NCBI GenBank assembly: GCA_963758525.1
Contig: CAVWVQ010000003.1
Span: forward strand, 640,001 to 704,000
Direction of reading: 5' to 3'
DNA from: an uncultured Phycisphaerales bacterium
GTDB taxonomy: Bacteria; Planctomycetota; Phycisphaerae; Tepidisphaerales; Tepidisphaeraceae
Length of the DNA: 64,000 nucleotides
Part shown: positions 42,538 to 53,561 of the stretch, in pieces
Layout of the letters: every line of letters starts with the position of its first letter
Position numbering within the stretch: position 1 is the first letter of the stretch
The notes under the pieces: generated by a model
Told to the model about the DNA's origin: nothing
What the model saw: only the letters and a program-made list of their open reading frames with translations
The model's database searches: none
Translations under genes and position numbers: made by a program

Positions 42538-44966
42538 TCAATTGCCTGGCTTCTTTGTGTCAGCGGCCTTCTTCCTTGCTGCCGGTGGCGGAAAATCCTC
42601 GTGCCCGGACGAAAGAATCTCCGTCAGCTCTTTAAGAGTGTATGGCTTATCGCGCCTGGCCGTTTCCTCGCGCACTTTTGCGATGTCCGACGGCTTGAGA
42701 GGGGGCGCCTTGTTGCCGAACGCGTTGCGCGCGTAGGTGAGAATGGCGCTGAGCCAGTCGTCGTCGAGGAAGGGGAAGCCGGCCATCGTGTTGGGATAGG
42801 TTTTGCCGCCGTCGTTGGGACCTTCCAGGCCGTGAAGAACGATTCGGCAGACCAGTTCCCGGTCCCCTTGCAGCCGCTTCGAGCCTGCCAGCGGCGGTGC
42901 CAGCGTCAGGCCGGCCGCGGCGCCGGGCACCGGCGCGCCCCTTCCATCCACGCCATGACACGTGATGCAGGTCTGCATGAAATAGTCCTGGCCCTTGGAG
43001 TAAATCGCGGCAAGTTTTGGATCCTTTTTCGCGAGAGCCGCCAGTTTGCGCGCTCGGCCGCAGTCCCGGAGATACGGTCTTCGTACTCCTTCACGATGCG
43101 CGGGACGACATCATTTGCCGGACGGCTCGCAGCCAGTGCATCGACGCTCTTGAGGTCTTGCGGCTCCTTCATGGACAGCAGTGAGAGGCAGTATTGCGTC
43201 ACCACCTCCGGGTCGGGGTCTGTCGAAGCGGCCTTGAGCGAGCTTACGATTTGCGGATCGCGCTTCCGGATCAATGGTTCGCTGATGCGCACCGCCGCCG
43301 CGCGGACGTGGGCATCGGAATCCTTCATCGCGTGAATTAACAGCGATGGGTTGGTTGCGTTCAAACCATCGAGCGTCCAAAGTGCGTGAAGTCGGCCCAA
43401 TGGGCTCGCGCCGGTCCGCGCGAGCGTCTCCAGCGCCCCGACGACCGATTTGTCGCCGCGAATAACGATCAGCTTCTGTGCGGTGTCGCGCCACCAGCCG
43501 TTCGGATCGGAGAGATGGGCGACGAGTTGCGCCGGCGTTTCGTCGAGCATCCGCGGGGCCGCCCGGCGCTCGAAGCCATCGTGAACCAGTCGGTAAATCC
43601 GGCCCCCGTTCACGTTCTTGTCCAGCCCATAGCTCACGATCTGCGGACGGAGAAACGAACCCTCTTTCGTCCAGTTCGATTCCTGGATGATGCCGTGGTA
43701 AAGGTCGCAAATATAGAGGCAGCCATCCGGACCTGTTGCCGTGTAGACGGGGCGGAAGTTTGGGTCGGTCGACGCGATGAATTCGTTTTCGCCGTAGACG
43801 TTGTTCAGGACGCGCATTCCGTGGTCGTCGGTGAAACGGGCCCGGCGGATGAGACGGCCGACGGGTTCGGGGAGGATGTAATCCCCTTCCATATCCTTCG
43901 GAAGCGCGTCTCCGCGATAGATGCAGCCGCCGGCGCATCCGGTGAAGTGATTCAGGCCTCCGTTGGGCCATACGCGATTGAGGCCGCCCTGGACGTCATA
44001 CAGTTTTAAGAGTGGATGCACCTCCACAAAGCCGGGAGCCATCTCACCCTTGAGCGTCAGCGGGCCGTAAATGTAAGGAATTTGAAAATCAAATGCCGGG
44101 TTCTCGCCGCCGGCGGTGTTGAAAACCATTCGGCCGGTGTCGTCCATCGCGATGCCCCACTGGCCGGAAGCGCCGGGAATCTTCTCGGCTTCCAGTTTCC
44201 CATCCGCATAGTGAAATCGTTTTCCGTCGTGCGTGATATAGATCGAATTATCGAGATTCCACAGAAGTCCCGACGGCTGATGCTCCAGGTTGCCGGTTTG
44301 CGGACCACCCTGAAACGCCAGCGTCTTTTCATCTGCGACGCCGGTGTTCTTCGTGTCGCGGTAGCTGTAGATATCCTGCGTGTCGGTCTCGCGAATCAGG
44401 ATGCGATCGTCCAGCGGAAGGACCATTCGCGGCAGCACCAGATTGTCCGCGAAGACGGTGTGCTTCGCGTAAGACCCGTCACCCTTTACGTCTTCGAACC
44501 GGGAGACTCTGCTGATCGGCTCCTTCTCCCGTGTGCCGTTCACGTCGAGCATGTACGATCGCATCTCCGCGACATACATCCTGCCGTTGCCGTCCCAGAC
44601 ACAAACCACCGGAGAAATAATCGTCGGCTCCGACGCCACCAGCTCCAGGTGATAGCCCGGCGGAAGGTGGATCGAGGCAATGGTCTGCTCCGGCGTTCGC
44701 ATGTGCATGTCGATCCCAGGCGGCGGCGCCACGAAGTCCTTCGCGGAACCTGCCGCCGGCGCGGCGCCCGGCTTTGCCGGCTGCTGCGGCGCGGCGGCGG
44801 CGGATCCAACGATGCAGGCGCAAAGGCCCGCGAGACATACGGCCAGCACAAAACCCGCCGCGCACCTCGCGCAGAGGCGCGGCGACGCACAGAAAAGCCA
44901 CATGCCATCACCTGCTGCTCCGCGGCTCCGCGGCTCTGCGTGATCACGATCCAGACTGTTCCACAT
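42538..44966 (-). CDS. PVC-type membrane-bound dehydrogenase-like protein with HEAT repeats and cytochrome c; frameshift near 43045
   Basis: LPPGYHLELVASEP, FRPV...GPDG, HEAT-like RLHALWTL, CITCHG heme motif. Confidence 0.85.
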
Positions 44967-45014
44967 CGAATAATCCTCTTTCGTCGATCGAGCATCTCAA
45001 TGCTGAGCGCTCGA

Positions 45015-46425
45015 CTATCTGAGTCGAACATCCTGCGTCGAGGCTGGCAACCCCGCGGATCGATCGGGAAAATGATCGAACTCCAATTTCACCACCATCA
45101 CTGTATCAGCCAGCTCATTGGCAGGGAGGTTGCGAAGCCGGAGACATTTTTTCTGCCCGATGTATTCGCTGGGAAGCAACTCCACCGCAAACTCGACCGG
45201 GCGTCCATCATTCAGCAGCGTCGCCCGCCTCGGCGCAACATCAATGGGCCCGAGCTTCACAGCTTCGGTCAATGGCTCGCGATGCAGATGAACGTAGAGA
45301 TTGTTTCCCTTGCGCGTCAGCAATACATTGCGGTTGGAAATCAACTCAGAACAGGGCTCCGCGTTCTCCATCGCTTCCTTCACGGCATTATACCATTTGC
45401 CGATGCGCCCGAGGATCGCTGTTTCGTTGGGGCCGATCGTTCCATCAGACATGGGACCGACGTTCAGCAGATAATTGGCATCGCGCGCCAGATACTTGTC
45501 AATGCTGCGCATGAGGTGAACGTCGGTGTAGTAATCCTCGTCCTTTCGGAAGCCCCAGCTTTCGCTGCCGACCGACTGATTGGCTTCGGTCAGCTTGTCA
45601 AACCGCAAGACCTCTTCGCCCGTCGAATCGTAATCGCGTTCTGGCGTACCGAAGTCGCCGGCATCGTAGCCGCGGTTGTTGATCACCGCGGCCGGCTGCA
45701 GTTTGCGGATCATGTCGTTGATCGACGGGTCGTGGTGCTTGTCCACGTTCATGTCCCACCAGAATTCGTGGATCTGGCCGTAGTTCGTGCAGAGTTCGCG
45801 AACCTGCCCCTTGACGAAATTCCAGATACTTCGCCAGATCCGGCTCGTCGCCCGCCTGCGGCGGCAGTTCGTGGTGCCGGCCCTGATTCGGGTAGTTCTT
45901 TTGATGCCAATCAACGCACGAATAATACAGGCCGAGCGGAATCCCTCGCCGATGACACGCATCGGCCAGCATCTTCAGCACGTCCTTGCCGTATGGGGTG
46001 TTGACGGTGTTGTAGTTCGTGAGCTTGCTGTCCCAGAGGCAGAACCCGTCGTGATGCTTGGTCGTCAGGCAGATGTACTTCATGCCGACGCTCTGCAGCA
46101 GATCGAGCCATTTGTCCGGATCGAAATTCACCGGATTCCACTGCTGCTGGAACTTCTGGTACTCGGCGCGTGGTACGCGGGCGCGCCACTGATATTGCTC
46201 GTGCCAGGCGGGGATGGAATACAATCCCCAGTGAACGAACAGGCCGAACCGCTTCTCGAAAAACCAATCTCGTGCGTCGTGGAACCGAGGCGGCGCGGAG
46301 GGCATCACCGGCTGCGTCGCAACGGCGCCGGCCGCCGACGCCGATTGAAGGAGTGCCGGGGTACCAGAGCATCCCGAGGCGATCGCGGCGCCCGCGGCGG
46401 TGCGAAGGAAATCGCGTCTGTTCAT
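45015..46425 (-). CDS. GH29 alpha-L-fucosidase (3), Tat-exported; frameshift near 45820
   Basis: NRRDFL Tat motif; RFGLFVHWG, TTKHHDGF, ELCTNYG...WWD, LLNVGP. Confidence 0.88.
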
Positions 46426-46549
46426 TATCATCATCCCATGCAAGATACGTGATTGCAGGAATAACTAGCGGGTTTCTGGAAATTTGTTGCGGTGGTTACC
46501 GGAATAGCTGCGATCCCCTCCTCGATGCGAAATCTCAGACTCGCCACGA

Positions 46550-46692
46550 GGGTGTAACTTTTATTTGTGGCGATTGCAGATTTTGCGATTGTAGGGCGGG
46601 ATTCATCCCGCCGTTTTCTCAGCCGGCCAACAAATCGGCGGGATGAATCCCGCCCTACTCGGAGCCGATCGCCACTTTCGAGCGCCACACCC
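46550..46692. mobile_element. 143-bp MITE, copy 3 (inverted orientation)
   Basis: Reverse complement of copies 1 and 2 with one mismatch seen; target duplication CGCCACGA (46542-46549 and 46693-46700). Confidence 0.9.
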
Positions 46693-46707
46693 CGCCACGA
46701 TTGGCGC

Positions 46708-47226
46708 ATGGGGAGCATTACCCCACGTTAGACATTGAACGAGCGGCCGGTGTATGCGACAGGCTGCGTGGGCGCGCTCCTGGCGATCGCCATTTTTTCA
46801 ATGTGGCGGCTCCTCCCTCGCCATCCCCGTAATCTCGTCGGCCCGGGCCGGGCGTTTTTCACCACCGATGATGGCAAGACCTGGTTCACCGGGCAGGCGA
46901 CCGATATTCCCCCGCTCGCTTGCGGCGGCAAGACTGCCTATTGGGTTGAGGTCTACCGGTGCTCGCGCCGCTCGTCATTTGCCGTGAACCTCGAAACATT
47001 CGATCCCGCGGACAAGGCGAAAGTGGACCAAGCGATCGCCAGCGGTCGCGACTGGAACGATGTGGCGCACCTGATGTCCGGGCTCCATATGCTGGTCAAG
47101 AAGCCGGGAGATGAGAATTGGATCGCGGAAATCCCCGAGAATGAGAGCCGTTTTCGACAGATCATCCGACCGGTGTGTCCCGATGGATCGGCAGACGGAC
47201 TTGAAAAGGTCGATCCGAATGAATGA
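46708..47226 (+). pseudogene. Prepilin-partner family copy 2, with in-frame TAG at codon 8
   Basis: ATG 46708 reads MGSITPR*TLNERP, versus MGVRERLNEKP in a paralog; all family motifs follow. Confidence 0.65.
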
Positions 47227-47632
47227 CGCTGCGGCGCCTTGCCGATGCGGCCGTGTACTTGTGCAGTAAGAAATTTGTTGCAGCGGTTCTGGAATAGCGA
47301 CCAGTCCTTGATGACGGAGCGCACATTCCAACGCCCTTTACGCTTCGATCGTCGGGAGTTTGCCAATCGAATAATTACAGTAATCGAGGCGTCGATAAAG
47401 TGCCGAGTTCGGACGGAACGGGCTCCGCGACGTATCAGGCAGGAGATTCCGGCGCAGGTAACACCAGTTTTCAGAATGGTTTACCACGACGAATTGAGTG
47501 AACCCGGGCACGCAAGGTGACTTCGCGCAGATTGTCAGGCAATTATCGTTGTGCAAATGGTCATCCGGTCGCTAGGATACCAGATAGCGAGGATGCCAAA
47601 ATTGTTTTCATTTCCCTGCCGGCGAGGATTCG

Positions 47633-48565
47633 ATGATCGCAGGACAAGATTCAACGTCGAGAATGAACCATGGCACGATGAGCAGACGTCTGCGGGAGCT
47701 TAGCCGCTCCCGCCGGCCCTTACACGGTTTTACCCTCGTCGAGCTTCTCGTGGTCATCGGAATTATCGCACTCTTGATATCGGTGTTATTGCCCGCGCTG
47801 AGCAAGGCAAGAATCGCGGCGCAGCAAATCAACTGCCTCTCGAACATTCGTCAGTTGTCGAACGCGGTGCAGATGTACGCCAATGACAACCGTTGGCGGC
47901 TTCCGCGATATACAACCAACGTCGCCACCACCGAAACGCCGAAATGGAAGATGAATTGGGTTGGGCTCATCTTTCCGTACACGAATTACAATGCCCAGAT
48001 TTTCGAGTGCCCGATGCGCACTTTTATCAGCACCACGATCGGCACGCAGACAATCGGCAATATGACATACAAGGCGCGGCTTTGCTATGCGGTGAACGGC
48101 ATGATCGGTGGTGGTCAGACAAACCAGAATCAGAGCTGCCCGTTTGGTCCGGTCTACGATCACGCGAGCACGATATCGCCCGGTTACTTCGACGACAGCA
48201 ACGAACATACGTTGAAACTCTCCGATGTTGCGTACGATACCATCATGCTGACAGAGTCAATGCGCGCGGGAGGCGAGCAAAGCATTTCTGAATTCAACAC
48301 CGTACCGAATGGCTACGCCGGCATCCGCAGCGTGTCGTCGAGCAATCACAACGGAAGATCCGCATCCTTCGCTTATGCCGACGGACATTGCGAGACTGTC
48401 AGCATTCAGTATATGATGTACGACTCACATTACAGGGTTGATACAGCCAACACGCCGTCTGTTGGCGTTGTCGGCAATAATAACTCCGGAGCCGGAGATG
48501 TGCTTATCAACTACAATAACACAAATCAGCCCCAGGGATACTGGACTGCCAGAGGGAACGACTAG
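47633..48565 (+). CDS. Prepilin-type (DUF1559/H-X9-DG-like) protein, array unit A
   Basis: [29 protein letters not shown]. Confidence 0.9.
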   Translation: MIAGQDSTSRMNHGTMSRRLRELSRSRRPLHGFTLVELLVVIGIIALLISVLLPALSKARIAAQQINCLSNIRQLSNAVQMYANDNRWRLPRYTTNVATTETPKWKMNWVGLIFPYTNYNAQIFECPMRTFISTTIGTQTIGNMTYKARLCYAVNGMIGGGQTNQNQSCPFGPVYDHASTISPGYFDDSNEHTLKLSDVAYDTIMLTESMRAGGEQSISEFNTVPNGYAGIRSVSSSNHNGRSASFAYADGHCETVSIQYMMYDSHYRVDTANTPSVGVVGNNNSGAGDVLINYNNTNQPQGYWTARGND

Positions 48566-48599
48566 ACGGTCAGCTGTGCAGATTCAGAAGGATCCCACA

Positions 48600-49109
48600 A
48601 TGGGCGTTCGCGAGAGGCTAAACGAAAAGCCCGCGCTGGCAGCCGCTGGTATTGTCATCCTGCTGACAGTCGCAGCTTATTTTTGCTGGCGAGCGATCGA
48701 TCATCCTCCCAGGGCAATCGCTGGGCTGGGTAAGGCTTTTTTTTCAACGGATGATGGCAAAACGTGGTTCACGGCCCCAGCCTCGAACATCGCGCCCTTC
48801 GACGACAATGGCACGACAGCTTATCGCGTTGAGGTCTATCGTTGTTCGCACGGTTCGGCTTTTGTCGTCAATCTGGAAGCTTTCAGCGCGGAGGACAAGG
48901 CAAAAATTGAGCGCACCATCGCCGACGGACAGGACAGCAGTGCAGTGCGCGGGATGGAAGCGGACGCTCCTCCTCTCGTGAAGAAGCCCGGAGACCGTGA
49001 GTGGGTAAAAATGACCGAGAAGAACGAAGCGCGATATCGCGCAATCGCAAGGCCGGTCTGTCCGGACGGATCGGCCGACGGACTGGAGAAGGTGGATCCA
49101 AATGAGTGA
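48600..49109 (+). CDS. Prepilin-partner family copy 3
   Basis: MGVRERLNEK, TM, AFFSTDDGKTWF, VKKPG, CPDGSADGLEKVDPNE. Confidence 0.85.
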   Translation: MGVRERLNEKPALAAAGIVILLTVAAYFCWRAIDHPPRAIAGLGKAFFSTDDGKTWFTAPASNIAPFDDNGTTAYRVEVYRCSHGSAFVVNLEAFSAEDKAKIERTIADGQDSSAVRGMEADAPPLVKKPGDREWVKMTEKNEARYRAIARPVCPDGSADGLEKVDPNE

Positions 49110-49198
49110 TCCCGACGGAATCCGAATATGTGGAATGGCTTTTTTTTTTGGCGTCACGAGAGTGACGCGTCTCGGTCTGTTACGAGGAATGAAATCCG

Positions 49199-50125
49199 AT
49201 GAGCCTCCCGAAACGCACATCCAATTGCTGGCCTGCTGCCCGGAAACGAAATCGCATTTCGAGGCTCAAAGCATTTACGCTCGTTGAACTGCTGGTTGTG
49301 ATCGGCATCATCGCCACGCTGATCGCACTGCTATTGCCCGCGCTGAGCGCCGCCCGCTTCGCCGCAGGCCAACTCAAGTGCCTGTCGAATGTCCGGCAAC
49401 TGTCACAGGTGATCAATATGTACGCTGCGGACAATCGAGGGTATTTGCCCCGATTCAGCATCACATGGTACAATACGAGTTACACGACGATTTCCGCTCC
49501 AAAATGGAAATACAATTGGACCGGCCTCATCTTTCCCTACACGAACAAAAGTACGAGCCTCTTCGAATGCCCCTTGAGGCAATTCACCAGCAATAACGTG
49601 GGACAGATGTCCTCCTCCATCGTGGGGAATGCGGTCTATCTGGCCAGGCTTTCTTATCAGGTCAACGGAATCACCGGTGGAGGCAATGCGAATAAATGCC
49701 GGGCGTACGATCACCCATTCGGCGAAGTTTACGATGTCTATGTACCTGCCAATGGGGGCTTTAATGATTCAGAAAACACAATGCAGATCAGCAACGTTTC
49801 TCCACGCTGCATTATGCTTCTTGATGGATGGCTCGACGAGACAAGCATCAAGATTTTTGGCAATGATAAGGTTGACTCAAACACAAACGGTTATGGATAT
49901 GGGGAAGTCACTGGAATCCCTGTCAGCAGCCATAACGGCAAGTCGGTCTCAATTGCATTCTTTGACGGCCACTGCGAAACGGTGCAAACCAGCTATTTAC
50001 TCTCCGACGTGAACTACGGACACAGCGCGGTACAAGCCAATGGAGACTTAAATATACCTTATAATAACACCGGTTTTGGGGGCAAGGGATTTGGGGGCTA
50101 TTGGGGCGCCGAGTTTGCGCCTTAG
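49199..50125 (+). CDS. Prepilin-type (DUF1559/H-X9-DG-like) protein, array unit B
   Basis: [29 protein letters not shown]. Confidence 0.9.
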   Translation: MSLPKRTSNCWPAARKRNRISRLKAFTLVELLVVIGIIATLIALLLPALSAARFAAGQLKCLSNVRQLSQVINMYAADNRGYLPRFSITWYNTSYTTISAPKWKYNWTGLIFPYTNKSTSLFECPLRQFTSNNVGQMSSSIVGNAVYLARLSYQVNGITGGGNANKCRAYDHPFGEVYDVYVPANGGFNDSENTMQISNVSPRCIMLLDGWLDETSIKIFGNDKVDSNTNGYGYGEVTGIPVSSHNGKSVSIAFFDGHCETVQTSYLLSDVNYGHSAVQANGDLNIPYNNTGFGGKGFGGYWGAEFAP

Positions 50126-50164
50126 CAGTCCTTGCGAAGCTAAGGTTTTGCCGGCCGGTCCGCT

Positions 50165-50704
50165 TTGGCAACATTGCACCTACCTGGAGCATCGACGGCT
50201 TTGCGCGACGTTCTAAACAAATACCCGGGTTATGCGATTGCAGGCGTGGTTGTCATCATGCTGGCAGGATTTTACACTGCATGGAAGTTCATGGATCAGG
50301 GGCCTCGGAAAATCCAAGGCCTGGGACAAGCGTTCTACTCTGTGGACGACGGCAGCACCTGGTTTCGAGCGCCAGCATCCAATATTCCTCCATTCGATCA
50401 CGACGGCAAGCTTGCTTACGAAGCGGAAGTCTTCGAGTGCAGGCACAGCTCAGCTTTTGTGGCAACTCTGCAAAGCTACCCTTCCAACGTCAAATCTCGT
50501 CTGGACAAAGCCATCGCCGACAACCGCCCCACCGCCGAGATTCTCGACATCGAAGCCAGGAATCCGCCGATGGTGAAAAAGCCGGGCTCCTCGGCTTGGA
50601 TTAGCCTTACCCCGCAGACCGGACCGCAATACATGCAGGCGGTCTCTCCAATTTGTCCCGACGGCTCGGCCGACGGTTTGGCGCGAGTGAATCCCAACGA
50701 TTGA
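50165..50704 (+). CDS. Prepilin-partner family copy 4
   Basis: LRDVLNK, TM, AFYSVDDGSTWF, VKKPG, CPDGSADG; start uncertain. Confidence 0.8.
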   Translation: MATLHLPGASTALRDVLNKYPGYAIAGVVVIMLAGFYTAWKFMDQGPRKIQGLGQAFYSVDDGSTWFRAPASNIPPFDHDGKLAYEAEVFECRHSSAFVATLQSYPSNVKSRLDKAIADNRPTAEILDIEARNPPMVKKPGSSAWISLTPQTGPQYMQAVSPICPDGSADGLARVNPND

Positions 50705-50834
50705 CCAGATTTGTCCGCATCATGAGGAAATGCTGGAATTTCGAAAGATTGTCAGAAAATAATGCTTGTTTTGAAAGACGCTACGATGCTAAAATGCTGA
50801 ACGGCGAAGAGAGACGAACTTTGTCCACTTCCTG

Positions 50835-51791
50835 TTGGGAATCAACCAATTGAATACGGACACGAGACACTTGACCGAGCGAACATTAAAACGACGTGTT
50901 CCGCATCGCAATGCCGGTTTTACGCTTGTAGAGCTTCTGGTGGTGATCGGCATCATCGCAATTCTCATATCGATTTTGCTTCCGGCACTCAGTAAGGCGC
51001 GGATCGCCGCCGGCCAAATCAGCTGCCTATCAAACGTTCGTGAGCTGAGTTCGGCAATTCAAATGTATGCCAACGACAATAAGTTCTATCTGCCGAGGTG
51101 GACTGCCGCTTTTCCTAACCACGCCGTTACATCGACATGGAGATGGGGGTGGTGTCCTCTTGTGCTTCCGTACACCAACTTCAATGTGAAGGTATTCGAG
51201 TGCCCTGTCCGCCAGTATTACGAGACGACTAGCCCGGGCACGATCACGTTAGGGGTGGCCAAATACCAGGCGCGACTCGGTTATCAAGTCAATGGGATGC
51301 AGGGTGCCGGCAACGCCTCAAAGTTGAGGACCTATGACCACCCATTTGGAGCGGTATACGACTATCCGCTTGCGTCGAATTCATTCCAGGATTCAATGAA
51401 CACCATGAAGATCACGCAGGTGGGCCCGTACACGATCATGATGACCGATTTCGTACGGGGCGGCGGTGAGCAGAGCTGCAATGATAACGGCAGCTTCACC
51501 ACGAGCGCCAAGGGCGCCACGGACTATTCGGATATCAGAAACGTCTCTGCGAGCAGCCATTACGGAAGGTCGGCGTCGATCGCGTTCTTTGATGGACACG
51601 CGGAAACCGTCTCCACAAGTTATCTGCTGTATGATGCGACTTACCGCATCAACAGTGGCGCAAGTCCTACGGTTGGACCAGTCGCCAACGACGCCAGCGA
51701 AGCTGGCGATCTGCTCATCAATTTCTACAACAGCAGTTCTCCACCTCCCAGCCGTTGGAGCGCACAGTGGTACCCCGGCGCGCCGTTTTAG
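50835..51791 (+). CDS. Prepilin-type (DUF1559/H-X9-DG-like) protein, array unit C
   Basis: [29 protein letters not shown]; start uncertain. Confidence 0.9.
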   Translation: MGINQLNTDTRHLTERTLKRRVPHRNAGFTLVELLVVIGIIAILISILLPALSKARIAAGQISCLSNVRELSSAIQMYANDNKFYLPRWTAAFPNHAVTSTWRWGWCPLVLPYTNFNVKVFECPVRQYYETTSPGTITLGVAKYQARLGYQVNGMQGAGNASKLRTYDHPFGAVYDYPLASNSFQDSMNTMKITQVGPYTIMMTDFVRGGGEQSCNDNGSFTTSAKGATDYSDIRNVSASSHYGRSASIAFFDGHAETVSTSYLLYDATYRINSGASPTVGPVANDASEAGDLLINFYNSSSPPPSRWSAQWYPGAPF

Positions 51792-51826
51792 AAAAGCTCA
51801 ACAAATAGCAATCCTCGCAGAGCCGT

Positions 51827-52333
51827 ATGGGAATCCGCGAAATCTTGAACCAGAAGTCAGAGTACGCGATTGCCGGGATCGTTGTCGTTATAATCATCGC
51901 TGCAATAATCTGCTGGCGATCTCTCCCGGGTGATCCCAGAGGAATCACTAAATTGGGGAAGGCATTCTATTCAACCGACGACGGGAAGACCTGGTTCGTC
52001 GACGATGCCTCGCACATCCCTCCATTCGACTACGACGGTGCAACCGCCTATCAAGCCCAAATCTTCAAGTGCGCCCACGGCGGACAATTCATCGCTTATT
52101 TGCAGAGCTACAGCGCGGCTGACAAAGAAAAAATCGAAAAGGCCATTGCGGACGGTCAGTCCGGAACCGACGTCCGCGGCTTGGAACTCATTCTTGGCTG
52201 CGCGGTGAAGAAGCCTGGCGAAAGCAACTGGGTAAAGAACACCCCTGCAAGTAGCGCACTCTATGCGGAAATCACCAAACTAACTTGTCCGGACGGCACG
52301 GGCGACGGGCTTGAAAAGGTCGATCCGAACTAG
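51827..52333 (+). CDS. Prepilin-partner family copy 5
   Basis: MGIREILNQK, TM, AFYSTDDGKTWF, VKKPG, CPDGTGDGLEKVDPN. Confidence 0.85.
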   Translation: MGIREILNQKSEYAIAGIVVVIIIAAIICWRSLPGDPRGITKLGKAFYSTDDGKTWFVDDASHIPPFDYDGATAYQAQIFKCAHGGQFIAYLQSYSAADKEKIEKAIADGQSGTDVRGLELILGCAVKKPGESNWVKNTPASSALYAEITKLTCPDGTGDGLEKVDPN

Positions 52334-52472
52334 GGCGTGCGCTGCTGGTTGCGGAGTAGCCGGCGTGATTGATCAGGTTTGTAATTTCGAAACGCGTTTG
52401 TTCTTGGGCGACTGCCGCGCGGCCAACGCGTTCCCGATCCGCTATGTCGAGTGCCACCGAATCGAAACAACA

Positions 52473-53513
52473 ATGTGGACAATCAAATATCGCTTTACGG
52501 CGGCGGCCACTTTCGCATTAGCGACCTTCATCTCTTCGGCCGCGTCCGGAGTTGAGATGCGAAGTCTGTTCGGCTCATCAACGCCTCCGCGGCCGAGGGC
52601 CTATAAAACGATCGCCGCCGTTGAACTCAAGCTCTACTTCTTCACACCGCCCGACTGGAAGCCCGCTGATCATCGATCGGCTGTCGTGTGCATTCACGGC
52701 GGCGGCTGGACTTCGGGAACGGCTGATACGTTCTTCCCTCATGCACGCTACTTCGCCTCGCGCGGCGCGGTCGGGTTCAGCATCGAATACCGGCTGGTCA
52801 AGGCGGATGGTCCGGTCGTCGCGGACTGCCTGGCCGACTGCAAATCGGCTATTCGCTACATCCGCTCGCATGCGGCCGAGCTTGGGGTCGACCCGGATCG
52901 CATTGCCGTGCTCGGGGATTCAGCCGGAGGGCACCTGGCGGCAGCGCTCGGCACCATCGACGGATTCGATGATCCCGCCGACGACCTGTCCATCAGCGCC
53001 AAGCCAAACGCGATGGTCCTCTGCAACGCCATTTTTGATTTCAACCAGGACGGATTCATCAAAACCATCATCGGTGGAGCGGCTTTGGCGAAACATCCGG
53101 CTCCGGCGGCGACACAGCCTACGCCGCAACAGTCGGACCTGGCGCGTCAACTCTCACCGCTCTTCTCGGTGCGGCCGCACGATCCACCGGCGCTGGTGAT
53201 GCATGGCTTGGACGATCATGTGGTGTCGCCCAACCAATCGCGTCAGTTCGACGCTGCGATGAAAGCAGCTGGCAATCATTGTGAACTGATTTTGTTGGAA
53301 GGTTGCCGTCACGCGTTCATCGTTCCCAGGTATACCGCCCCGGAGAAAGTTGTCGTCGGCGCCATCCGATCGGCGGACATCTTCCTGGCCAGCCTCGGCT
53401 ACCTCGCCGGCGATCCCACCCTCGAGGTTTCCGAACCGCCTGCCTGGGTCATCAAGCAAAAGCCCGTCAAAGCGAACGAAGCAACTCCCGCTGCGACGCA
53501 ATCAACAAGGTGA
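52473..53513 (+). CDS. Secreted alpha/beta-hydrolase (HSL-type esterase, possible carbohydrate acetylesterase)
   Basis: IHGGGW, GDSAGG, HGLDD, GCRHAF motifs. Confidence 0.88.
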   Translation: MWTIKYRFTAAATFALATFISSAASGVEMRSLFGSSTPPRPRAYKTIAAVELKLYFFTPPDWKPADHRSAVVCIHGGGWTSGTADTFFPHARYFASRGAVGFSIEYRLVKADGPVVADCLADCKSAIRYIRSHAAELGVDPDRIAVLGDSAGGHLAAALGTIDGFDDPADDLSISAKPNAMVLCNAIFDFNQDGFIKTIIGGAALAKHPAPAATQPTPQQSDLARQLSPLFSVRPHDPPALVMHGLDDHVVSPNQSRQFDAAMKAAGNHCELILLEGCRHAFIVPRYTAPEKVVVGAIRSADIFLASLGYLAGDPTLEVSEPPAWVIKQKPVKANEATPAATQSTR

Positions 53514-53561
53514 TGACGGCAATCAACAAGGTGATGATGCAGCGGTATAGCGAGGCATACG

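Noticed and set aside
44016..46004. Long antisense ORFs (for example 44016-46004, 60778-62358, 30975-32237, 6293-7342)
   Set aside because: They are shadows of well-supported genes on the opposite strand, expected at high GC, and carry no motifs.
115..46692. ORFs such as MALESGDRLRVGRD... and MAIADFAIVGRD... repeated three times
   Set aside because: They are translations of the non-coding MITE.
823..51791. Complete type II secretion or type IV pilus system
   Set aside because: Only pilin-like N-termini are present; no ATPase, platform protein, secretin or prepilin peptidase lies in the window.
46708..52333. Diversity-generating retroelement, integron or CRISPR explanation for the array
   Set aside because: No reverse transcriptase, integrase, attC-like sites, adenine-specific variable/template pair or repeat-spacer pattern was seen. 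The units look like old diverged duplicates.
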